Shown piece by piece: positions 25,047 to 32,267 of a DNA stretch of 50,556 bases. A program made the translations under genes and the position numbers. Source of the DNA: Candidatus Micrarchaeota archaeon (GTDB lineage Archaea; Micrarchaeota; Micrarchaeia; Anstonellales; Anstonellaceae). Numbering within the stretch: position 1 is the first letter of the stretch; each line of letters opens with the position of its first letter. The notes under the pieces were generated by a model. The model was not told where the DNA came from. It made no database searches and saw only the letters and a program-made list of their open reading frames with translations. The stretch covers positions 1-50,556 of the forward strand of contig JAZDHB010000058.1 in the NCBI GenBank assembly GCA_043806415.1. Reading direction: 5' to 3'.

Positions 25047-25059
25047 CTGCTCCCTCCTG

Positions 25060-25176
25060 TCCGAACCGCGGGGCGGGGCTTCGGCCCCTCCCCCCAGTTT
25101 CAGGTCGAGCAAGCCCTGCGGGGCTTGCGCGCGCAAGCCGTTGAAGCGGCTTGCTCGTCATCCTGACCCCCTCCCC
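25060..25176 (+). repeat. Hairpin-mosaic repeat element, copy 3
   Basis: TCCGAACCGCGG (25060-25071); GGGGC-TTCG-GCCCC (25075-25088); CCCCTCCCCCCAGTTT; hairpins at 25109-25128 (GCAAGCCC-TGCG-GGGCTTGC) and 25133-25154; TCCTGACCCCCTCCCC (25161-25176). Confidence 0.7.
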
Positions 25177-25188
25177 ACGGGAAGTTGT

Positions 25189-26171
25189 CAGAGACAGTAT
25201 AACGGGAAAAACAGCTTGTTTAAGCTAATTTTTCTATTTTGTCTATGGCGATGAGGATTTAAAAAGATTCGCCAACGATTTCCGTTTGTTCTGTCCTACT
25301 TCACCCGCTCGCAAAAGTCTTAAATCATCTTTAAATAAGGTTTACCGTGGCAGTTCAAGCCACATCTTTTTAAATGCATTGAGTATATGATAAATCGTAG
25401 TGCGTTGATACCGTGGTGTTCGTCTGAGCGTCGCTCTATGCGTACGCGAGAACCATAAGCGGTGTAGCACTACCTCGTGTTCTTATTATTGGGTTTTGTC
25501 AGTAAACCGTTAGGTTTCGGTTCGCATTCAAAGATATGGTCGTCTACGACGTCCAGTAAGCCACTTGTTTTCATAAGCTTAGCGCGAAAAGCTCCGGCTA
25601 TCAAATCTGCCAATTGGAGGCCGCTGATGGTCTGGGATTTGCGCTCTTCCACACGCAGGTTCTTTTTGCTTTTTCGAAGTACTTGGACAAACCGCCTCAC
25701 GCTGTCTAATGACTCCTTGGATAATTTCTCGTCGATTATTACAATAACTTCTTCTTTTTTCTCTATTTTATCTGCGAAGTTTCCTGCAATCGAGAGTAGC
25801 ATTTGGGTTTGTATTCTCTCTTCATTTTTTCCAGTGGTTAAACTCGCATCCGCTTTTTCTACGTCCACATATGCCAAATAGAACTTATGGTATTCTTTAT
25901 TGATCAGCTTTATCGCAATTTCCTGTTGGAATCTAGAGATATCATGGTATTTTATCTCTTTGGGGTCCCGGATCTGCTTGCCTTGGGCTTCACAATTTTT
26001 TCTGATGCGACGGATTAAATCTTCTGCGAATTGTTTGTTGTTGCAAACACAAAATGAGAGAACCAAGTATTTCTGTCTTGCATTTATATTCGTCGAACCC
26101 GATTCGTCTACAAAGACAAACATATCAGTATTTCTGGCTGACAGGTTAAAAGGTTAGTATACTTGTCTCTG
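25189..26171. mobile_element. Low-GC cassette of about 1 kb carrying only the DUF3800 gene, bounded by imperfect 13/14-nt inverted repeats
   Basis: CAGAGACAGTATA lies at 25189-25201 and TATACTTGTCTCTG at 26158-26171 (reverse complement CAGAGACAAGTATA). There is a sharp, visually obvious drop in GC between them. No transposase is present. Confidence 0.4.
25470..26123 (-). CDS. DUF3800-family protein
   Basis: 217 aa. The N-terminal MFVFVDESGS and C-terminal SGLQLADLIAGAFR are the two hallmark DUF3800 motifs as I recall them. The gene is AT-rich. Confidence 0.75.
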   Translation of the reverse strand: MFVFVDESGSTNINARQKYLVLSFCVCNNKQFAEDLIRRIRKNCEAQGKQIRDPKEIKYHDISRFQQEIAIKLINKEYHKFYLAYVDVEKADASLTTGKNEERIQTQMLLSIAGNFADKIEKKEEVIVIIDEKLSKESLDSVRRFVQVLRKSKKNLRVEERKSQTISGLQLADLIAGAFRAKLMKTSGLLDVVDDHIFECEPKPNGLLTKPNNKNTR

Positions 26172-26265
26172 CGAAATAATAGCTCAAGAAAACCTCTCCA
26201 TTCTTTCCTAGCCCGGGCTTTTTTAGCTCGGTATTCTTTTATACTTTCCATCCTTTCTCCCTTGT

Positions 26266-27180
26266 ATGTCTTTGTGCGAGCCGAACCGCGTGCGCGCCCT
26301 GCGCCTGGGCTTGGGCCTGTCCCTGATCGGGCTTGTTTTCCTCTCGATGTTCGGGTGCGTCGATTTCTACGTGCGCCAGCAGTTCTACCCCAACGGCCGC
26401 TCCACTGTGCTTGAGCAGATTCCGCTCGCCAGCCCGCTGGCCAAGCTCAACCACACCATGACCCTCCCGCCCGCCCCGTACGACCAGCGCCCGGCCGGCT
26501 GGCTCGGCTTCATCGACGCGCAGTGCGCCGCGGCCGGCTCGTACGAGCCCGGCGCGACGTGCCATCGCTCCGGCGACTGGCTGGTCATCGATCAGGAGCG
26601 GGTGCCCGGCCCCGAATACGCCTTCGTGAGCTACAACGAGTTCCCCTACCGCGTCTACGAGCTCAACGTCTCGGCCATCCCCGGCCCGCCCGCACCGAAC
26701 CTCACGTCGTTCAATGTGGGTTACATCCCGCTCGAGCGCAACCTGACCCATGCTGACAAGGATAACGTGCTCAAGCTGCGCGCCCTGGGCGTGAACTACT
26801 ATTACACCATCATCATGCCCGGCGACATCGTCAATTATTCGACCGGCCATCTCAGCGACCAAGGGTTGGAGGTCAACGGGATCGAGCAGCTCTACTCCCG
26901 CCAGCCCATCTTCGTGCAAAGCAAGGAGCTGGACACCGGCCAGCTCGCGCTCATCGTGGTGTTCCCGCTGCTCATCCTGCTCTTCTTGGATTTCGTGGCC
27001 ATCTTAGGCTACAAGGAATGGAAGAAGCGCCGCGACCAATCCGAGGTCCGGCGCCGGGCGCGCGAGGAAGAGGAACTCAAGTCGCGCGTGTTCCGCAAGA
27101 ACCCCAAGCTCAAATCCAACCAAGTCTACATCGCCGAGGACGCGCCCGAGGGCACCTCTCCGGATCAGGACGCGCCCTGA
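26266..27180 (+). CDS. Hypothetical lipobox-bearing surface protein with a C-terminal TM anchor
   Basis: 304 aa. The signal LGLSLIGLVFLSMFGC, several N-x-S/T sequons, the TM segment LALIVVFPLLILLFLDFVAILGY, and a charged tail. Confidence 0.55.
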   Translation: MSLCEPNRVRALRLGLGLSLIGLVFLSMFGCVDFYVRQQFYPNGRSTVLEQIPLASPLAKLNHTMTLPPAPYDQRPAGWLGFIDAQCAAAGSYEPGATCHRSGDWLVIDQERVPGPEYAFVSYNEFPYRVYELNVSAIPGPPAPNLTSFNVGYIPLERNLTHADKDNVLKLRALGVNYYYTIIMPGDIVNYSTGHLSDQGLEVNGIEQLYSRQPIFVQSKELDTGQLALIVVFPLLILLFLDFVAILGYKEWKKRRDQSEVRRRAREEEELKSRVFRKNPKLKSNQVYIAEDAPEGTSPDQDAP

Positions 27181-27326
27181 AAACTCAAGACGCGCCTTAG
27201 GGCATCCCGCTCCCGGACCAAGAGGCGCCCCGCGCAATGCAAGCGCCCCGACGGGCTGCGCATCGCCCAAGCTTTCTCGCGCGTCATCCGGGCCGCTTTT
27301 CCATCTCCGCTGTCCTACTGATCTTT

Positions 27327-28526
27327 TCATCTCCTCCTGTTTTTCATCCCTTCGAGCAGCCGGCATGCCGCGCACACGTCCGAGGCCGAGGCTTCGCCGC
27401 ACCGGGCGCATTCCATCAAGCCCCCACCCTCCTCGGCGGCCGCCCCCTTCGCCAGCCAGGGCCTCATGCGCAGGAACGCGTTGAACATCCGGCTTTTGGT
27501 GCCCGGGTATTTCTCTTCCATGTCGTTGAGCAGGCGGCGCACCTGCTGGCGCATCGCCTCCTGCGCATACGGACAGGACATGAATTCGATCCGGATGTCG
27601 TTGAGCACGGCCCACGTGGCGATCTCCTTCTCGTAGCAGCGGATGAGCGGCATGATGCGCGGGACGAACATCTTGCGGCCCTCCTCCGGCTTGGGGGCCG
27701 GCCAGAAGCGCGCCAGCCTCGCCGGCTCGTTCCGGAAGAGGTTCAAGAGGACGGTCTGCGCCGCATCATCCAGATTGTGGCCCATGGCCAGCTTGTCCGC
27801 CCCGAGGCGCGCCGCCCCGGCGTTGAGCAGATAGCGTCGGAACACGCCGCAGTAGGTGCAGGCGCCCTGCCGTTTTCGGCTCGGAGGCTCCGCGCTCCGC
27901 GCCAGCCTGCCCGCGTCGCTTTCCTGTGTTTTCCCGCCCGCGCCGGCCTTCTTGGCTTTCTTGTCCGCGCGGCAGGCATCGGATGCGTGTGCCGCCAGAC
28001 CCGTTCCGCCGGCCTCTCGTGCCGCCCCGGGCGAGCCCGCGTCCCCCTGCGCCGTTGTCTTGAGCATCCGGTCCAGCGGCATCCCGAATTCCTTCTCGAA
28101 CGAGACGATATGCAGCTTCACGCCCAGTTTCCGGCATTCTTTCCTGGCGACCTGCACGGTTTTCGGCCGGTAGCCCCCGATGCCCTCGTCCACCAGAAGC
28201 GCGCTCAGCTTCATCGGCAGCCTTTTCCCGAGGCGGGCGAGCATGTGCAGCAGCGTGACGCTGTCCTTCCCGCCGGAGAGGGCCACCGCCACGTGCTCGC
28301 CCGGGAGGATCATGGAGAATTCGCGCACGCTGGCGCCCACCTTCTTTGCGAACTCTTCCTCGAAATGGGTCCGGCACAGTCCCGCTCCCGCCCAATTCGA
28401 GATGCACGCGCTCCGGCCGCATCGATGGCAGCACTCGCTGCCCTCCCTTCCCGGCGCCGGGCGGCCGGATGCCGATCTCTTGTTCCGGCCCGAGCCGGTG
28501 CCGCCCCTTTTTTTTCCCTGTCCCAT
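27327..28526 (-). CDS. ttuA: PP-loop ATPase for tRNA 2-thiolation (TtuA/NcsA/Ctu1 family) with a low-complexity insertion of about 60 aa
   Basis: PP-loop VALSGGKDS. There are N-terminal and C-terminal Cys pairs (CHRC..., CARCG...CAAC), the cluster cysteines CTYCGVFRR, and GHNLDD. The insertion lies at 27870-28058. Confidence 0.8.
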   Translation of the reverse strand: MGQGKKRGGTGSGRNKRSASGRPAPGREGSECCHRCGRSACISNWAGAGLCRTHFEEEFAKKVGASVREFSMILPGEHVAVALSGGKDSVTLLHMLARLGKRLPMKLSALLVDEGIGGYRPKTVQVARKECRKLGVKLHIVSFEKEFGMPLDRMLKTTAQGDAGSPGAAREAGGTGLAAHASDACRADKKAKKAGAGGKTQESDAGRLARSAEPPSRKRQGACTYCGVFRRYLLNAGAARLGADKLAMGHNLDDAAQTVLLNLFRNEPARLARFWPAPKPEEGRKMFVPRIMPLIRCYEKEIATWAVLNDIRIEFMSCPYAQEAMRQQVRRLLNDMEEKYPGTKSRMFNAFLRMRPWLAKGAAAEEGGGLMECARCGEASASDVCAACRLLEGMKNRRR

Positions 28527-28529
28527 TTT

Positions 28530-28724
28530 TCAACCGCCGAACACGACCCGGATGACCTCGACCTTGTTTTTTGGCACGAGCGCGGCGCCTTCGGGCCGCA
28601 CCCGCCCGTCCACCTTGAGCACCGCCTCCTGCGGGCTCACCTTGAGCAGGCGCATCAGCTCCCGTCCGTTAGGGGGCATTTTTTTCAATGTCACGGGTTT
28701 GTTGTCGAGCAATATCTTTGTCAT
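28530..28724 (-). CDS. Ubiquitin-fold sulfur carrier / small archaeal modifier protein (ThiS/MoaD/TtuB-like)
   Basis: 64 aa ending in VVFGG (C-terminal diglycine). It lies 3 nt upstream of the PP-loop ATPase gene on the same strand. Confidence 0.75.
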   Translation of the reverse strand: MTKILLDNKPVTLKKMPPNGRELMRLLKVSPQEAVLKVDGRVRPEGAALVPKNKVEVIRVVFGG

Positions 28725-28844
28725 ATCCTATCTTCCTCATCCTGTTCCTCTCCGTTCCGGATGGCCGCCATGGGATGGCGATGGGAGAATCGGGGAAAAC
28801 GGGGGCCGCTTTGCCAAGCCCCCTCCCGCCGTCCGTTCCTTGCG

Positions 28845-31286
28845 ATGTTTCTTTTTCCATCTTGCATGTTTTTAAGCTTCGTCGCATTCATCCTGCGCGT
28901 GTCGGATCGCCGTCTCATTCCCAATCCCATTCTTCTCTTCGCTTTTCTTTTACTTTTCTTGCCGCTCGTCCATTCCGCGCTGGATGCCGGCCGCATCGTA
29001 TCCGCCAGCTATTACATCATCGAGAACCAATCCATCGACATCACCACCGGCACGATGTCCAACCTGAGCATCAACCTCACCCTGCCTGCCGACGCCCGGA
29101 TCGTCACCACGCCTCCCGGATCCAACGTGGTCCAAGACGCCGATGGCAATCTCAAGCTGCAGATATCCGAACCCGCCCCGAAGGTCCCCTACCATCTGTT
29201 CGTCAACGCGACCGTGAGCACCAACCAGTCCGTCATCGACTCGCTGCCGGACCCGCTGGTCATTCCCGGCGAGATATCCCGATATCTTGGTTCGACCCCG
29301 CAGGTTCCGGCCAGCGACCCCAAGTACCGCGCGCTGGCCATGAACATCACCCAGAATGCCACCTCGCCGTTCGAGCGCCTCGCGCTCCTCGCCCGGTGGG
29401 TGAATTCCTACATCACCTATGATGCGGATTACGTGAGCAAGTCTCCGTCCGCGGACGAGATCCTCGCCTCCCGTCGCGGGGTATGCACCGAGTATGCCAC
29501 GCTCTTCACCACCCTCTCGCGCTCCTTGGGGTATCCGACCCGGTTCGTGAACGGATATGCCTATTCCGACCAATACTCCTCGTGGCTGGGCCACGCCTGG
29601 ACCGAAGTGTACCTCGGCCGCTGGGTTCCGGTGGATCCCACCTGGATGGAGGTCGGGCGGTTGGACGCGACCCACATCGTCTCCTCGCGGCAGGCGGCGC
29701 AGGATTTCAAGTTCGCCACCGTTTCCGCCCTGGTCTATCCCCCGTCGGCCGACATCGTCTGGGAGGGTGCGCAATCCCAAGGGGTGCTGGCCAACAACAT
29801 CCATCTGGTCTCCAGCTCGGTCGCCAACCTCGCTTCACAAGACTACCGGTTGGGCGCCTCGTCCACCATCCTGCCGCCCGGCGCCCGCTTCCTCGTCTTC
29901 ATGTCCTATCCATCCGAGGATTACCACCTGCTCCGCGTCTCGCTCGCCCCCTGCATCAGCGGCTCAAGCGTTTCCCTTGTCCAACTGGACGATCCCTCGC
30001 AGGATGTCATCGCCGCCCCGAACAAGACCTTCCAGATCATCTGGACCGGCCGCGTCGGCGATTCCCTGGAGTCGAACGTGCAGTACTCCTGCCCGCTCAC
30101 CCTGAATTCCAACTACCTCCCGCTCCAGACCATGCCCCTTAACATCACGTCGGATTCGCGCCTGCAATGGCCGCTCATCAATGCCACCTTGCGCTCGGAT
30201 TCCATCCAAGCCGGCCAGAAGCAGAGCGTATTCGTGCGTCTGCCCGTCTCCATGGCAGGCAAGAGCGTGACCCTGCTTGAATCCGATCGGCTGATGCGCG
30301 CCAATGCCAGCGAGGACGGGAGCGTATTCTTCGAATTCTATCCGGATCGGATCGGGCCCCATGCGCTCTACGTGTTCTCCACATTGGGCGCGCCGGTGGA
30401 ATTCAATTACACCGTCCGCTTCGCGCCGGGCCTGGACGTGTCCGAGCCGATCCCCGAGCAACCCCTCGTGAAAGGCGAGCCCGACCGCATCGGCCTGCGC
30501 CTGGCCGATTCGTCCGCCAACGTGCCTGCCCGCCGCCTCGAATGGTCTTGGGGTGCTCAGAGCGGCGAGCTGGACCTGCCGTCCGGCTCTTCCAGCAACG
30601 TCTCGATCCTGTTCACTCCGGCTGCGAGCGGCTCGTACTTCTTCACCGTCACCCTCCGCGGACCGAACGGCGAAGTCCTCCTGCGAAACTCCTGGCCGCT
30701 CGAGGCGACCGAGCCCTCCTCGGTTTCCGTGGCGGTCGAGAAGGTCTTCGCGCTCCCGGACGGCCAGTGGCAGGCCCACATCTACGTGAACCGCACCGGC
30801 GTGGTCAATGATCCCTACCTGCTCCTGCTCGACGGCCGGGCGATCAGCATCCCGCCCGACGGGCACCTGGCCTTCAATATCCCCAGCGGAACACACGAAT
30901 GCACCATCGTCTGGCACGACTCGCTTCGGCAGGAGAAACGCATCGGCTGGTCGCTGGAGGTGTCCAGCGCCACCCGCCAGCCCGAGATGGACGCCCTCAC
31001 GTCGCTATTGACCGACAGCAAGAGCTTCTTCATCGTCTCCGCCGGCGTTTTCCTCATCCTCATCTGCGTCTTTGGCTTCGGCCTTTATTTCGCCATCCGG
31101 CGCGAGCGCCTGGCCGAAGGGGCCCGGCAGGCAAGGGAGGCCGCCTCCACACCCGACGATGCGTCGCCTTCCGGCGCTTCCAAGGGACCGTTCGCCCCGC
31201 CAGACCGTCCCCTCTCCAATCCCGGTTTTAGCGGCGCTCGACCGCCCGATCCGGGCCGGGAGGATTCCGATCCATTCAAGCGCTAG
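28845..31286 (+). CDS. Large transglutaminase-like (cysteine protease fold) surface protein with a C-terminal TM anchor
   Basis: This is the 3' part of track ORF 27237..31286; the 5' part is antisense to ttuA and was rejected. The core is RRGVCTEYATLF...GHAWTEVYLGRWVPVDPT (Cys-His-Asp). The start is uncertain (ATG at 28761, 28845 or 28866). Many N-glycosylation sequons are present. Confidence 0.7.
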   Translation: MFLFPSCMFLSFVAFILRVSDRRLIPNPILLFAFLLLFLPLVHSALDAGRIVSASYYIIENQSIDITTGTMSNLSINLTLPADARIVTTPPGSNVVQDADGNLKLQISEPAPKVPYHLFVNATVSTNQSVIDSLPDPLVIPGEISRYLGSTPQVPASDPKYRALAMNITQNATSPFERLALLARWVNSYITYDADYVSKSPSADEILASRRGVCTEYATLFTTLSRSLGYPTRFVNGYAYSDQYSSWLGHAWTEVYLGRWVPVDPTWMEVGRLDATHIVSSRQAAQDFKFATVSALVYPPSADIVWEGAQSQGVLANNIHLVSSSVANLASQDYRLGASSTILPPGARFLVFMSYPSEDYHLLRVSLAPCISGSSVSLVQLDDPSQDVIAAPNKTFQIIWTGRVGDSLESNVQYSCPLTLNSNYLPLQTMPLNITSDSRLQWPLINATLRSDSIQAGQKQSVFVRLPVSMAGKSVTLLESDRLMRANASEDGSVFFEFYPDRIGPHALYVFSTLGAPVEFNYTVRFAPGLDVSEPIPEQPLVKGEPDRIGLRLADSSANVPARRLEWSWGAQSGELDLPSGSSSNVSILFTPAASGSYFFTVTLRGPNGEVLLRNSWPLEATEPSSVSVAVEKVFALPDGQWQAHIYVNRTGVVNDPYLLLLDGRAISIPPDGHLAFNIPSGTHECTIVWHDSLRQEKRIGWSLEVSSATRQPEMDALTSLLTDSKSFFIVSAGVFLILICVFGFGLYFAIRRERLAEGARQAREAASTPDDASPSGASKGPFAPPDRPLSNPGFSGARPPDPGREDSDPFKR

Positions 31287-31298
31287 GGGGTATCCATC

Positions 31299-32201
31299 AT
31301 GGTCGACATCCTTTTCCTCGGCACCGGCGGCGGCCGCTTCAATCTCGTGCGCCAGCTTCGCGGCACCGGCGGATTTTTGCTGCTGGGCAAGCATGCGACC
31401 ATCCATGTCGATCCCGGCCCCGGCGCGCTCCTGCGCCTCCATGCCGCCGGCCTCGATCCGCAGAAAACCGACGCCCTCATCGTCACGCACATGCACGTCG
31501 ACCACGTCTCGGACGCGGGCGTGCTCATCGAGGCGATGAACAACCACATGCTTTCCAAGGGCGGCGTCCTCGTCGCCTCCCGCTCGGTGCTCGCGGGAGA
31601 CAAGCACGGCGACAAATCCGTCTCCACCTACCACCAGTCCAAGCTCGATCAATGCATCGCCCTCGCGCCCGCAGAAAAACGGGAGATAAAAATCCAGAAA
31701 ACGAAAATCGGCGCTTCTTGCTCGTTCTCGATCCAGGGCGTTCCGGTCAAGCACGACGACCGGGACGGCTTCGGTTTCGTGCTCACGCTGGACGGCGTGC
31801 GCATCGGCTACACCTCCGACACCGAATACCTGCCCGTTGTCCACGACAAGGCGTTCGCGGGCGTGGACGCGCTCATCGCCAACAACCTCAAGGCGGCCGA
31901 AGACGGCATTCCGGACCACCTCAATTCCGGCGACCTGATCAAGCTCCTCTCCAAGGCCAAGCCCAAGCTGTGCATCCTCTCGCACATGGGCATGAAGCTC
32001 ATCGTGTCCGGTCCGGAACTGGAGGCCGCGCGCATCCAGTCCGCCTCCGGCGTTCCTACTGTGGCCGGGCGGGATGGCTGGTATTACTGCACCGACCGGT
32101 GCGGCTGGTTCAAGCCAAAGAAAGGGGAAGAAGGGAAAGGAAAGAAAGGCCAGAAGACGCTCGTCCTGCCCGACGAATCCGTGAGAGAGCCAAGCGATTG
32201 A
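31299..32201 (+). CDS. MBL-fold metallo-hydrolase
   Basis: 300 aa. ILFLGTGGG, the THMHVDHVSD (HxHxDH) motif, and later His/Asp ligands (KHDDRDGFG, LSHMG). Confidence 0.75.
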   Translation: MVDILFLGTGGGRFNLVRQLRGTGGFLLLGKHATIHVDPGPGALLRLHAAGLDPQKTDALIVTHMHVDHVSDAGVLIEAMNNHMLSKGGVLVASRSVLAGDKHGDKSVSTYHQSKLDQCIALAPAEKREIKIQKTKIGASCSFSIQGVPVKHDDRDGFGFVLTLDGVRIGYTSDTEYLPVVHDKAFAGVDALIANNLKAAEDGIPDHLNSGDLIKLLSKAKPKLCILSHMGMKLIVSGPELEAARIQSASGVPTVAGRDGWYYCTDRCGWFKPKKGEEGKGKKGQKTLVLPDESVREPSD

Positions 32202-32267
32202 GCCCCCGGCCCGCGTTGTTTATATTCTTCTCTTTCGTTTTATCCACCTCAACGGCATCCGAATCCC

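Noticed and set aside
25398-25480. tRNA-like closing stem (GTAGTGC ... GCACTAC) downstream of the DUF3800 gene
   Set aside because: It has no T-loop (GTTCRANYC) and no credible anticodon arm on either strand. It partly overlaps the DUF3800 stop and may simply be a 3' hairpin.
27237-28844. 5' third of the 1349-aa plus-strand ORF
   Set aside because: This part is antisense to ttuA and the SAMP-like gene and is Arg/Pro/His-rich. Protein-like sequence with a signal peptide only begins near 28845, so the CDS was trimmed.
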